A stretch of DNA of 62,844 nt, filler included, from Basidiobolus ranarum (Eukaryota), in the NCBI GenBank assembly GCA_040143965.1. It is 51 parts of 51 records of this genome, joined end to end, with 100 filler letters (N's around TTAATTAATTAA, not from the genome) between each part and the next. Parts side by side here need not be neighbours in the genome. Positions count along the whole stretch, not along the records: positions 1 to 1,140 come from JASJQH010013138.1; positions 1,241 to 2,379 come from JASJQH010013139.1; positions 2,480 to 3,618 come from JASJQH010013140.1; positions 3,719 to 4,857 come from JASJQH010013141.1; positions 4,958 to 6,096 come from JASJQH010013142.1; positions 6,197 to 7,335 come from JASJQH010013143.1; positions 7,436 to 8,574 come from JASJQH010013144.1; positions 8,675 to 9,812 come from JASJQH010013145.1; 43 more parts are not named here. One strand, given 5' to 3'. A program made the translations under genes and the position numbers. Below are positions 1-11,333 of this stretch, one piece after another. The notes beneath the pieces are model-generated. The model saw only the letters and a program-made list of their open reading frames with translations. It searched no databases and was not told the origin of the DNA. Numbering within the stretch: the stretch's first letter is position 1; every line of letters begins with the position of its first letter.

Positions 1-213
1 GAAGGTCTTGGCGGAAATACACTATGTGTGGGATGACATGATGGGTTAGGTTTCATGGAATGTTCCAAAGAACATGACTTCCATATAAGGTAATCTGGAT
101 GAACTGACACCTGATTGCCAAGAAGGGATGGCACAGCAGATATGATGTTGTAAGCTAATAATAGAAGAGTTCTATTTGCAGTGGATCAGTATGCCGAGAT
201 CAGAATCATGACA

Positions 214-360
214 CTGAGAGGCAAGAGTTTAAGATCCTCTCAGTCAGTGTGTCAGGATCTGCCTTCTTGCTAATCTTGGATTGCATTGGATAGTTAGGCT
301 GTCAAGGTCCATCTTCAGTAGCTCTGGGGTTAGTTTTGGAAAGTTCTCAATAATAGCCTC
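214..360 (-). mobile_element. Ty3/Gypsy gag-protease linker fragment, same family as 59260-60388
   Basis: Reverse complement matches ~59935-60090 (ggaccttgac...tccaagattagcaagaaggcagatcctga...gaggatctta). Confidence 0.75.
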
Positions 361-767
361 CAGAGAATTCAATTGGTAGGGATCTGAGGTTATGATATCA
401 TCATAAATCATAAGATTAGTAATCCATGAAATATTCCGGAAGGTTGTAGGATAATCCAGAAAGTCATGGAATGTTCTGGCAAAATCAAGTTTTGATTGGT
501 CTAAACTCAATCATTCATAAAATATTCCAAGAATCTTGTGGAATATTTGGGAAGATTTTAGAATTTTCCAGAAAATAATGGGCTAATATGGGTTAATACT
601 GATAAATCTGAAATAACAGGGGATAATACTAATAGTGTGATATGATTGGCTAGAAATATGGGTAAGTCTACTAAGGATAATAAAATGAAATTGTGCGATA
701 GTAATGATATGAGCTTGGAGTGGAAATAAGTCAACCTGCCAGTGGGTAGCAATGCTGCCCCACTACA
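361..767 (-). mobile_element. LTR-like repeat family A (starts TGTAGTGGGG)
   Basis: Reverse-complement homology to 18983-19391 and 55095-55274. Confidence 0.75.
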
Positions 768-1140
768 CCGCTTAAAAGACCTTTGATGAGGAAGCTCAAG
801 AGACACTACTAGAGGCAGTTATATGCTACCTTGTAACTAGAAAAGACTTGACCATCTCAAAGGAAGTACTGGCAGGTAGTTGTTATATTTCTGATACTTT
901 ATATTCTTTTCCCTAGCTTTGTCTGCAAAGGAAAGTAACTTTTCATATCCTTGGATAAGTCCCTACTAGTGCATACTTGTTCAAGACCCTGCAGGCTAAG
1001 TTTAGAGTTGTTTTTGATTGGATATACCCTTTTATCTGATCAATCTGAAAGGACATTGATGCCATTATATTCTTTTGTCAGGCGCCGGCATATTATTCAA
1101 CAGAAAGCTGGACATTGCATTGTGGTTTATCAGTCCTTAG
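768..1140 (+). pseudogene. Repeat-borne decayed spliced ORF 'X' (possibly SNF2-like); intron 876-916
   Basis: Second copy at ~19510-19710 has the same GT..AG 41-nt intron; spliced frame KTFDEEAQ...ILLSGAGILFNRKLDIALWFISP with internal stops. Confidence 0.45.
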
Positions 1141-1240
1141 NNNNNNNNNNNNNNNNNNNNNNNNNNNNNNNNNNNNNNNNNNNNTTAATTAATTAANNNN
1201 NNNNNNNNNNNNNNNNNNNNNNNNNNNNNNNNNNNNNNNN
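1141..1240. other. Artificial contig linker (44N + TTAATTAATTAA six-frame stop + 44N); first of 50 identical linkers
   Basis: The same 100-nt block recurs every ~1.24 kb; contig lengths fall monotonically from 1140 to 1128 bp. Confidence 0.99.
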
Positions 1241-2335
1241 ACATATGAACATTACCATCACTATCTAGCATAGCAAAATATGTGTTGGACCATTAAGCCT
1301 ACATAATAACCTGAAATTGCTTGGGTGCTTGAAAGTAGAAATTTCATTGGAAAGCCAGCAAACCAAAAGACTCTGAATGTCAGAGCTGCCATCACTTGCT
1401 CTGATGATGAGTGGTTTAACATTTTGGAAACTGTGTGGAATCTTGCCCAAAATCACCTGGATTTGAGCCAATTGTGGAAAAACCAAAGACCAGGTGTTAC
1501 TCTGAAGGTTCTTGAATTATTTCACGTGGCTTATCCTTGGTTTTTGCAAGTAAATGGCAATTGGGCTAGTATAGGCCTATTTATGAAACATCTCAAAAAT
1601 GTACACAATTATCAACTTGGAGAAGAAAGAAAAGCAGCTAAAGAAGTACTCAAGGAGCAGGAAGTTAGTAAACCCAAGGGAAAAGCAAAGGAGCCAGCAA
1701 GTTTAGGCTCTACTGTCCCACTTACCAAATTCTTCACACCATTACAAAGATCTGCATTCCAGAGTCAGATATACTGGCAAAAGAGCTTAATTTCACAATG
1801 GAACTGGGAACTCCAGTTGGAAGAGTGCTAAATTTGGAAGTTTATCCAACATCTGGCACCTCTCAACAAGCCTAAGCACCAGTAAATAAAACTCACAGCT
1901 CCCCAACCTCAACTGGTACTTTTCAAAGTGTTGACATTAGCCCCAAAGGTTAAGGCAAGCAAAAAGCCACACAAACACCGCAAAGCACCCTCAGTAGTGT
2001 CACACAACAAGGATGTACAAAAATAGTCAAAGTGCTTGAGGAGTAATTTCAAAAGTATGAAGGGAAAAATGCAGTACAAGTATGCAGAAAGTGGCTACAG
2101 AAAAAGAACATTCAACTTGACATTAAGTCTGATGTAGACTGTGCAGATTTCTGGGAAGAACTTAATTCAGAGTGGTGCAATATCACAGGATATCCACCAG
2201 ATAGTTGGAAGAATGTTAATTCAGCAATGTTAATACATGGTGGGCTTTGATGGAGATATTGACACAAACTCATGTTGGGTATAAGCTAAATCTTGGGTAT
2301 GAAGAACTCTATAAAAATTTTCAGAGAATATAACA
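1241..2335 (+). mobile_element. CACTA-type element ORF2 (accessory gene), central to 3' part, decayed
   Basis: DEWFNILETVWNLAQ...PWFLQ.NGNWAS.GLFMKHLKN shared with 6406-7335 and 60489-61616; overlaps 12389 and 44654 copies. Confidence 0.85.
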
Positions 2336-2379
2336 CCCTAACAGAAATTTGAGGATTGTTATTGTAGGAAAACCATCAC
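2336..2379 (+). mobile_element. Left terminus (TIR CCCTAACAGAAAT) of a second CACTA copy inserted into the first
   Basis: Matches reverse complement of ~45310-45353 and 40432 onward. Confidence 0.8.
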
Positions 2380-2479
2380 NNNNNNNNNNNNNNNNNNNNN
2401 NNNNNNNNNNNNNNNNNNNNNNNTTAATTAATTAANNNNNNNNNNNNNNNNNNNNNNNNNNNNNNNNNNNNNNNNNNNN

Positions 2480-3004
2480 CATGGAATTCAATTTTGTAAG
2501 CAGTACAACATGTCACTTATTTTGGAAGGATATGCTGATGCAGAATGGGCTCACAATAAAGAAGACTGTAAATCAAGAACTGGTTATCTGTTTAAGCTAG
2601 CAGGTGGGCCAATATGCTGGATTAGCAAGAAATAACAAACTGTTGCATTCTCAACTACAGAAGCAGAATATATGGCAAGCTCTATGGCTGTTCAACAAGC
2701 TAAATGGCTAAGGAGTTTTTGCAAGGAACTAGGATACGTTCAAGGTAATCCTACCCCAAAATATTAAGATAATATTAGTTGTATTCAGATCACCAAAAAA
2801 CCTGAGCATCACTCAAGGATGAAACATATTGACATAAGACATCATTTTATACAAGAGAAAGTTCAAGACAAACAAGTGAACTTTATTTATTGTAATACCA
2901 AACACATGCTTGCAGATATACTAGCAAAACCACTCAAAACTTCAAGCTTTGAGAAGTTAAGAGCAGGAATAGGTGTTGGTGAATATAAGCACAATGCTGA
3001 ATAA
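2480..3004 (+). pseudogene. Ty1/Copia RNase H region
   Basis: LEGYADAEWA..SRTGY..STTEAEYMA..KHIDIRHHFI..MLADILAKPL motifs, with stops. Confidence 0.93.
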
Positions 3005-3018
3005 GACTTAAGGGAAGG

Positions 3019-3334
3019 TGTTGAATAATTGATTGTTATTCAGCATCTTAGTTGATTTAGTTATGATAGATATATAACAAGCAGAATGCGACATATCTAT
3101 AGCCCCCATATTCTAAATAGGAATATCTCTATATCTATACAACAAGTATGTCTTATTACCCCCACTTATCTATTACTTCTAATTACACAAACTCCTGAAT
3201 ATCTCAAACAATGGATTCACTTTTCTACTATATAAGTTACCATATACTCTTAAGAATGAAGTAACTAAAACACATTATCATAATTTGCTTCTAATACGCA
3301 AAGTCTACCCCCATTATGTCAAGATCCTCCAATA
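3019..3334 (+). mobile_element. Copia 3' LTR (family F) preceded by PPT agggaagg (3011-3018)
   Basis: Starts TGTTG directly after the PPT; homologous to 9703-9812(-), 18218-18474(+), 44495-44593(-). Confidence 0.85.
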
Positions 3335-3529
3335 AGATGACCTTTTTATAGCAACTAATGAGTTGAAGACTTTAGAGAAAACCAAATCCAGCTGATCTGC
3401 CAAATTCAAAATGACCGATCTTGGTGAACTGGCATACTATTTTGGAATCCATATTAAGATAGATCAAACTACCAAAACAATAACTTTAAACCAGTCCAAG
3501 TATATCCATGATATACTAGAAAAGTATTG
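3335..3529 (+). pseudogene. Copia RT fragment
   Basis: DDLFIA...FKMTDLGELAYYFGIHI...LNQSKYIHDILEKY. Confidence 0.85.
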
Positions 3530-3618
3530 AGATATTTTAGTCTTTGTATTCCAGCCATAATGAGAATCAAAAAATACAAGAATCTTGTTGTGTTTAGTCT
3601 CTACGTATGCACATATTT
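3530..3618 (-). mobile_element. CACTA right-arm fragment
   Basis: Reverse complement of ~4963-5050. Confidence 0.8.
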
Positions 3619-3718
3619 NNNNNNNNNNNNNNNNNNNNNNNNNNNNNNNNNNNNNNNNNNNNTTAATTAATTAANNNNNNNNNNNNNNNNNNNNNNNNNN
3701 NNNNNNNNNNNNNNNNNN

Positions 3719-3823
3719 CAAAACTATAAATGTCAACTTTCTACTCAATAAATCAATAAGTGAAAACCACCAATTCCTCTAATTCTCCAAACCACTTCCA
3801 ACAGGCTCCCAAATACTTTAACA
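3719..3823 (-). mobile_element. LTR family E, 5' part
   Basis: Reverse complement of the TGTTAAAGTATTTGGGAGCC start seen at 25780, 45607 and 57038. Confidence 0.88.
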
Positions 3824-4430
3824 GTATCATCACTGATAGTTCATAAGTCAAAACATGATTCACTTTGGATGTGTTTGACAAATGTCAGAAATGCTCAAAA
3901 GAGACAGAAGTTTTCAAACTCATCCTAACCTCCCCAATCAGTAGTCCCAGCTGTTCTTTGTCTTCATTTCAGAAGTACATATACTTATGTTTACTTCAGT
4001 TAAACAAGTGTGAAGCACATATTTCTTGTAATTATCCTAATTACTTTCACCCAAATATTCACAGCAGATATATGCCCTGGTGGCAGACCAATAATTATCT
4101 TCTAATATGCAAAAACAACTTTTTTGGTGACAACATTAAAAATAAATATTCGAAATACATATCACTTGGATAATTCTCAAGATAACGATAAGCAAGAATT
4201 AATCATAACTACACACATCTTCCACTAACATGGTCCAAGTATGCGTATCCTGTTACCCATTGCGGAGTATAGATTCTCTTATACTATGAGCACTCTGCTC
4301 TGCCGATTCATCACTATCTATGCCAATACAAAAGCAATGTAACGTAGTACAATTTATTAAGCATTGGTTTTAAATAGAAGATATATCAATAAATATCAAA
4401 TTTAAATAAGTAGTGAGTATCCAAACAACT

Positions 4431-4856
4431 TTAACCGATCAGATGTCGCTTTATCAACGCAATAACATCCACAGCTGGTTTTCCCTGTTCATCGTTGAGG
4501 GCTTTAACTTTGGCATCCAACGTTTTCCCTTCATGTAAAGCTAGTACCTTGGCATCGAGTAATCTGCTATTCACTTGTCTCTTAACCAGTGCATCGATAT
4601 CTACAGCCGGCTTTCCTTGGTCATCTTTGAGGGCCTTGACCTTTGCATCCAGTGTTTTGCCTTCCTGCAAGGCTATCACCTTTGCATCAAGCAATTTACT
4701 GTTCACCTGTCTCTTTACCAGTGCGTCGATATCAACAGCTGGTTTCCCTTGGTCGTCTTTGAGAGCTTTGACTTTTGCGTCCAGTGTTTTACCTTGTTGC
4801 AAAGCTATCACCTTCGCATCGAGTAGTTTACTGTTCACTTGTCTCTTAACCAGGGC
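4431..4856 (-). CDS. 3' part of a tandem-repeat protein, 44-aa units each ending Lys-Arg (Kex2-processed repeat precursor candidate)
   Basis: Open frame ALVKR|QVNSKLLDAKVIALQQGKTLDAKVKALKDDQGKPAVDIDALVKR x3 |HLIG*; units differ mostly at synonymous sites. Confidence 0.85.
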   Translation of the reverse strand, partial: ALVKRQVNSKLLDAKVIALQQGKTLDAKVKALKDDQGKPAVDIDALVKRQVNSKLLDAKVIALQEGKTLDAKVKALKDDQGKPAVDIDALVKRQVNSRLLDAKVLALHEGKTLDAKVKALNDEQGKPAVDVIALIKRHLIG

Positions 4857-4957
4857 ANNNNNNNNNNNNNNNNNNNNNNNNNNNNNNNNNNNNNNNNNNN
4901 NTTAATTAATTAANNNNNNNNNNNNNNNNNNNNNNNNNNNNNNNNNNNNNNNNNNNN

Positions 4958-5342
4958 CAGTCAAATATGTGCATATGTAGAGACTAAACACAATGAGATT
5001 CTTGTATTTTTTGATTCTCATTATGGCTGGAATACAAAGCCTAAAATATCTAAATAAAGGCATGCATAGTAATTCAAATTCCTACAGCAGTAAACCCAGT
5101 AATTTGCCATTCGAAAATTATATTTTTGCAAAAATTGCTGGTTATTGAATAACGCATGCCAAATTTGAGGATCAATAGTTCAACATGTATGAATACCATA
5201 AAGATACCATCAAGAAACCACTGTCACACCATCAAAATTCCTGGCAGAATGCAAGCTAGCAGTATTGTGAAGGTTTTTGATGGTTTTGCTATTTTGGAGG
5301 GTGGATCCAATCCGGATCAAATTGATTTTATTTTTGTTAGGG
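4958..5342 (+). mobile_element. CACTA right end (transposase C-terminus, subterminal region, TIR ...ATTTTTGTTAGGG)
   Basis: Homology with 14864-15185 and 55275-55472 stops at the same GTTAGGG base. Confidence 0.88.
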
Positions 5343-5426
5343 TCTTGTGATCTACACCCAAGTACTCTTCTGCTTTCTAACATCTTGTTGTTGTTTCCAG
5401 TCCTTGTCCAGTTCCTTATTGCGACA
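5343..5426 (-). mobile_element. LTR family C, 5' part (consensus start TGTCACAATAAGG)
   Basis: Homologous to 13627-13701(-) and 50442-50551(+). Confidence 0.8.
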
Positions 5427-6096
5427 CTTTATCTGCCTGAGATCTGCCAATGTGAGTTGATGCCAGAAGAAAATATTATCAATATCCACAAACAACTCCC
5501 AATGTTGCCAATACTTATCAGGCAAAAATCTTTTCAAGATTCCACTTGAATATATACAAATCCTATACTTCCAGTCTTTGCATTTGTATAAATGCCTAGA
5601 TGAGTGGATATTGATGGGAGTCCTGGTAAAAAACAATGGTATCTTAATGTTTTGAATCATTTTCCCAATCAATTCAAGCTTTGATTCAATCTCAATGGCT
5701 CATTCATATTGAATTTTCCACTACAGAGCTGAGTTAGTAGTATTGGAATGTTGTTGAATAGTAAGTGTGTAGTGTCTAATGGTAAGCTCTGCTCCAGCCA
5801 ATCCCATTTAGCAATATAATCTAAGGCTTATGGCTAATACCAAGTTTGATGTTAGACTGACTATTTGGTGATTTGATATCATGGATCATGTTGAAATGTG
5901 ACCTGTCTCTTGACTGTAAAATCATGGCGTTTTGTTTTGTATTTGCATAGTAGTAATGTGTATGCCTGTTGAGTAGTGTCCATTTATTTGACAAAATCTA
6001 CAGCAAGCTAGTACATTGTGACCACAAACACTCTAAGTTTACTGATGGCAGGAGTGTCCCCAATTCATACAATGATATTAGCTTTAATAAAATAGT
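5427..6096 (-). mobile_element. CACTA transposase fragment, decayed
   Basis: GDTPAISK..GHN..CCRFC; IKIP.YFTRTP..KCKDWK..ILKRFLPDKYWQHW. Confidence 0.92.
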
Positions 6097-6196
6097 NNNN
6101 NNNNNNNNNNNNNNNNNNNNNNNNNNNNNNNNNNNNNNNNTTAATTAATTAANNNNNNNNNNNNNNNNNNNNNNNNNNNNNNNNNNNNNNNNNNNN

Positions 6197-6405
6197 AGCT
6201 ATCTTTGGGGCAATTTGGACAAGTTTGAAATTTCCAATATGGAATTGCTAATTCTCACATTATTCACATATACATATAATATATGTTCCAATTTTCAGCT
6301 AAGTGATGTTTGACTAAGTAATGTTGATTAACTTATATGTGATATATGAAATACTTAGGTATATAAAGATAGAGATAAATATGATAAAGACAATAAACTT
6401 CAACA
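6197..6405 (-). mobile_element. LTR family H, 5' part, inserted in CACTA ORF2
   Basis: Reverse complement of ~31361-31570. Confidence 0.85.
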
Positions 6406-7335
6406 ACAATATTGTGCCACTCTGTATTTAGTTCTTCCTAGATATCTGCATGGTCCACACCAGACTGAATGTCGAGCTAAATGTTCTTCTTCTGAAGCTT
6501 CTTTCTGCATACTTGCACTGTGTCTTTCCCCTCATACTTTTGAAAATACTCCTCAAGCACTTTGACTACATTAGACCTTCCTTATAGTGTGACACTACTG
6601 AGGGTGCTTTGCAGTGTTTTTGCATCTTTTTGCTTGCCTTTATGTTTGGAGCTAATTTTAACACTTTGAACAATACCAGTTGAGATTGGAGAGCCATGGG
6701 TTTTACTTGCTGGTGTTTTGGCTTGTTGAGAGGTGCCAAGTGTTGGATAAACTTCCAAATTTAGCACTCTTCCAACTGGAGTACCTGGTTCCATGGTGAA
6801 ATTAAGCTTTTTTGCCAGTACATCAGACTCTGGAAATGCAAATCTTTGTAATGGTGTGATGAATTTGGCAAGCGGGACAGTAGAGCCTAAGCTCACTGGC
6901 TCATTTGCTTTTCCACATCAATAAACGCATTCATTTTTGAGATGTTTCATGAATAGGCCTCTACTAGCCCAATTGCCATTTGCTTGCAAAAACCAAGGAA
7001 AAGCCACATGAAATAAGTTAAGAACCTTCAGAGTAACACCTACTTTTTGGTTTTTCCACAATTGGCTCAAATCCTGATGATTTTGGGCAAGATTCCACAT
7101 AGTTTCCAAAATGTTAAACCACTAATCATCAGAGCAAGTGAGAGCAGCTCTGACATTCAGAGTCTTTTGGTTTGCCGGTTTCCCTATTAGATTTCTACCT
7201 CTATGAGCCCAAGCAATTTTGGGTCTTTCTGTAGGCTCAATGGTCCAACACATATTCTACTTTGCTAGATTGTCATGGTGACATTTGTATGTATGGTGTG
7301 GGATTGATTGAAATCCAGTATTAGAATGGATGGAG
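6406..7335 (-). mobile_element. CACTA ORF2 fragment, decayed
   Basis: Homologous to 1241-2190. Confidence 0.88.
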
Positions 7336-7435
7336 NNNNNNNNNNNNNNNNNNNNNNNNNNNNNNNNNNNNNNNNNNNNTTAATTAATTAANNNNNNNNN
7401 NNNNNNNNNNNNNNNNNNNNNNNNNNNNNNNNNNN

Positions 7436-8574
7436 GGTACACTCCATTGGGAACTCCCAGAATGTATAGCAAGGGCCTATAATCTCTAAGCATTGTGAAA
7501 GATGCAGCAGGGAATGTATTGAATGCCGGCATAGAGTCAGTCTTTCTTCTTTAAACCTGTAATAAAGTTTTTCATATCCAATTACAAAATCTTTGCACAG
7601 TTGCTGTATCTGCCTGAAATCTGCCAATGTGAGTTGCTGCCATAGGAATATATTAACAATATTGACAAACAATTCCCAATGTTGCCAATACTTATCCGGC
7701 AGAAATCTTTTCAAAATTTAACTTGAATACATACAAATCCAATACTTTCAGTCTTTGCATTTGAATAAATGCCTAGATGAGTGAATATTGAAGGGAGTCC
7801 TGGTAAAATATGATGGAATCTTGATGTTTGCAAGCATTTTTCCAATCAATTCAAATTTTGATCCTATCTCAAATGCCTCATTCATATTGAATTTTCCACT
7901 ATACAGCTGAGTAAGTAGCATTGGAATGTTGTTGAATAGTAAGTGCATAGTGCCTAATAGGAAGCTCTGGCTCCAGCTGATCCCCTTTAGCAATATAATC
8001 TTAGGCTTATGACTAGTACCAAGTTTGATCTTAGAGTGAATATTTGGTGATTTATATAAGTGATCATGTTGAAATCTGACTGGGCTCTTGATGGTAAAAT
8101 CATGGAGTTTAGTGTTGTATTTGGATAGTAGTAATGCTTATGCCTGATACAGTAAATCCCATTGATTTGACAAAACCAACAGCAAGATAGTGCATTGTGC
8201 CCACAAAAACCTCCACCTTTACTGATGGCAGAGGTGTCACCAATACATACAATGATATTAACTTTAATAAAATATGCTCCCATCTGAACCCCATTAAGTA
8301 ACCATTCAAATTCCACAATCAAAGGCTCCAAGAAGCTATCTATAAGCACCAGTGATTTAGGTCCAGATATGATGGATAGTATCAAAATATTATGACTCTT
8401 ATACCATTCAAAAGGAGGAAGATTTAAGTTGATTGAAATTATTGGCCAGCAAGCCTTTCCAATGGTATATTTGTTTAGTGAGAAACCATCCAGAGCCAAT
8501 GTAAATGCATGATCATATGTGTTCTCAAAGAAACCTTGACTTTTCAGATTCTGGTAGTGATATCCATCAAGTAT
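7436..8574 (-). mobile_element. CACTA/EnSpm transposase core (Transposase_21 plus DUF4218-like region), decayed
   Basis: LALDGF..WPI..NLNLPP..K..N..II.GPK....D.FL.PL..E..GD..AISK..GH..CxxC; HSLLHL..I..GP..FWEFPME. Confidence 0.93.
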
Positions 8575-9702
8575 NNNNNNNNNNNNNNNNNNNNNNNNNN
8601 NNNNNNNNNNNNNNNNNNTTAATTAATTAANNNNNNNNNNNNNNNNNNNNNNNNNNNNNNNNNNNNNNNNNNNNAAGACTTGAGATCAGCATTGCTTCTT
8701 ATTGTATAATAGAGTTCTACTCGACAGAAGTGGGCTTTATATTAACCTGCCCCGATTATTTGCATAATCACATCGAAAGAATAGGTGTCGACCGCGTTCG
8801 AAAACATTCAAAAATTTGGGACATCATGGATATACGTGGACATGCATTGGGAGTTTCAGTGCGGATTGCATCAATGCATATGTTGGCAAGTACGCAATCC
8901 TGCAATAAGCAGAACTTAAAGATCGTCAGGTACCAATTACCACCCTGAAATTTAGGGACAAATCTTAAGAGTGACTGATTAAACTGATGAGTCCAAAAAG
9001 AAACAATGGACCCTACATTAGGTTATTTTCATCATCGTAAGAGTTTAACCATAATCAAATATAAGCATGCATTGCCCTGGGAAATCATGATTTCTTCAGG
9101 GCAAAGGTGGGAAATCGGAATCGAGTTCTTAGAGAGATCTCCTACCTGCTCCCTGTCCGACTTTCCCCACACATAACATGATTCTTTATACCTTCATTAT
9201 GCTTAGAATATTCACAATCTTTTAACTGGAGTAACATGTTATTCAGAGTCATAGGTTTGTGAGCCAGCCCTGTGATTACTGCTTTGTTGAAATTACAGTA
9301 TAACTCATTGGGGGTGAGAGATCAATTAATATCGTATTCTGTGTTAAGGGGCCAGCTCGATGAGCTTAGCATATACTGAAATCTAGTTTCCATGAACTGC
9401 AATCTTAGACAAAAATTCCAAAGGTGTTTGTAAATACTACTCGGTTTATTAGATTTTGAACGGGTCAATCATCGCTTCTTTGCTCACTCTTTAACCAAGC
9501 TAGATAAAGGGAGCTAATTATACCCTGAGCGCTACCCAGAGCCGGGAATACCCAGAACATAGGGCTTCTTATTGTCAACACTGTTAACTCTCCAATAGAG
9601 ATAGTAACACATTTACGCTTAAAATGAGGATTAGACAATCTTTTTTGCAACCAATCTTAGATTAGGTCAGATTGTGATTCTCTGTGCATCCATGCATAAA
9701 AC

Positions 9703-9812
9703 TGTTGGAGGATCTTGACATAATGGGGTAGACTTTGAGTATTAGAAGCAACTTATGATAGTGAGTTTTAGTTGGTTTATTCTTAAGAGTATATGGTGAC
9801 TTATATAGTAGA
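9703..9812 (-). mobile_element. LTR family F, 3' end
   Basis: Reverse complement of ~3223-3334, ending CCAACA. Confidence 0.85.
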
Positions 9813-9912
9813 NNNNNNNNNNNNNNNNNNNNNNNNNNNNNNNNNNNNNNNNNNNNTTAATTAATTAANNNNNNNNNNNNNNNNNNNNNNNNNNNNNNNN
9901 NNNNNNNNNNNN

Positions 9913-10837
9913 ACTGCTTATCAAACAAATTTCAGATGACTGATATGGGTTAATTAAGTTATTTTCTTGGAAATTAAATCAAGAGTGATAAACCCAATCA
10001 GAAAATCATGCTGAATCAGTCTAGATACATCCTAGACATCTTAAAATGCTTCAACATGGAGAATAGCAAGCCTGTATCAAGACCAATAGATCCCAATGTG
10101 AAATTACTGAAAATTTCATTCAATTTGGCCGAAAATGACGTAGATCAAAGCCAGGAGTTCCCTTATCGATCCATGGTTGGTTGTTTAATGTATACAATGC
10201 TTGGAACATGTCCAGACATTGCTGAGGCAGTGGGAACTGTAAGCCAATACCTCAAAAATCCAGGATCTGAGCACAAAACTGCAGTAAAACAAATATTAAG
10301 GTATTTGAGAGGAATTGTAGATTGAGTTCTGGAATAATCTGCCACTCCTGATGCGTGAAATTTTGAAGGCAACAGTAATGCAGACTGGGGAAAAACCTTG
10401 ATGATAGAAGAACAACAACTGGATACACTTTTCTCTATGGTAATAGAGCTATAACTTGGAATAGTAAGAAGCAACCAACCATAGCACTTTTCACTACAGA
10501 AGCAGAGTATATGGCTACCTCTGCTACTACACAAGAAGCTATGTGGTTAGGAAAGGTATTTACAGACTCAGGATGAATGCAAAAACATGCTATTACTGTG
10601 TTTGAAGATAATCAAAGTTTTATTTCATTGGCTAAAAGCCCTACATTTCATGCTGGAACAAAACTCATAGATAGTAGGCATCATTTTGATAGAGAAGCAA
10701 TAGAAAATGACACAATTGAACTTGTCTATTGCCCTACTGAAAAAATGATAGCTGATATCTTAACCAAACCGTTAGCTAGAGCACAATTTGAATTATTAAG
10801 ATATAAGTTAGGTTTAAGAGAAGTAGAAAATAATTAG
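9913..10837 (+). pseudogene. Ty1/Copia RT-RNase H
   Basis: YRSMVGCLMY..PDIA.AVG.VSQY; STTEAEYMA; EDNQS; MIADILTKPL. Confidence 0.94.
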
Positions 10838-10848
10838 TTGGGTGGGAA

Positions 10849-11049
10849 TGTTGAAAATAGGTAAAAAGCACCTCATTATTAAGAAGTTAGTTTATTCATA
10901 TTCTGATTATTTAGCACTCAAATCTGTCATTCAAAAACATGTGTTTATTGCTCTAGTTGATAGAAATATCAATTAGATCACTTTTACCAATTTTCACTAT
11001 TTTCTCAAAACTTCTCCAAATCACCTCAAATTTTCACCCATGCTTAACA
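10849..11049 (+). mobile_element. Copia 3' LTR (~200 bp, TGTTGA...TTAACA) after PPT
   Basis: Purine-rich gggtgggaa immediately upstream; TG...CA inverted ends. Confidence 0.8.
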
Positions 11050-11150
11050 GNNNNNNNNNNNNNNNNNNNNNNNNNNNNNNNNNNNNNNNNNNNNTTAATT
11101 AATTAANNNNNNNNNNNNNNNNNNNNNNNNNNNNNNNNNNNNNNNNNNNN

Positions 11151-11333
11151 GTAGACCACAAGACAAGACATGACTGGACAGGGAAGATACTTTGGCAAGA
11201 ATCTTTGTTGATAACTGGCATTGATCAGACCTCAGTCTGATCAAGGAATACAAGCTTTGAATTGCACTGGCACTTGGCAAATAGTTGACTCCTGTTACTG
11301 TTCACAATGCAAATGGGCTCTTGGATTTTGGCA
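11151..11333 (+). mobile_element. LTR family C, 3' part
   Basis: Starts gtagaccacaagacaagaca as at ~50513; probable end ...TTGGCA. Confidence 0.7.

Noticed and set aside
761-767. CACTACA as the CACTA-element terminus
   Set aside because: It is the reverse complement of the TGTAGTG start of repeat A and faces the wrong way; the real ends are CCCTAACA(A/G)AAAT.
7436-8574. Classical ascomycete RIP as the cause of TE decay
   Set aside because: The diagnostic changes I could polarise are at CpG. Some CpA>TpA stops exist, so RIP-like activity is not excluded without a computed spectrum.
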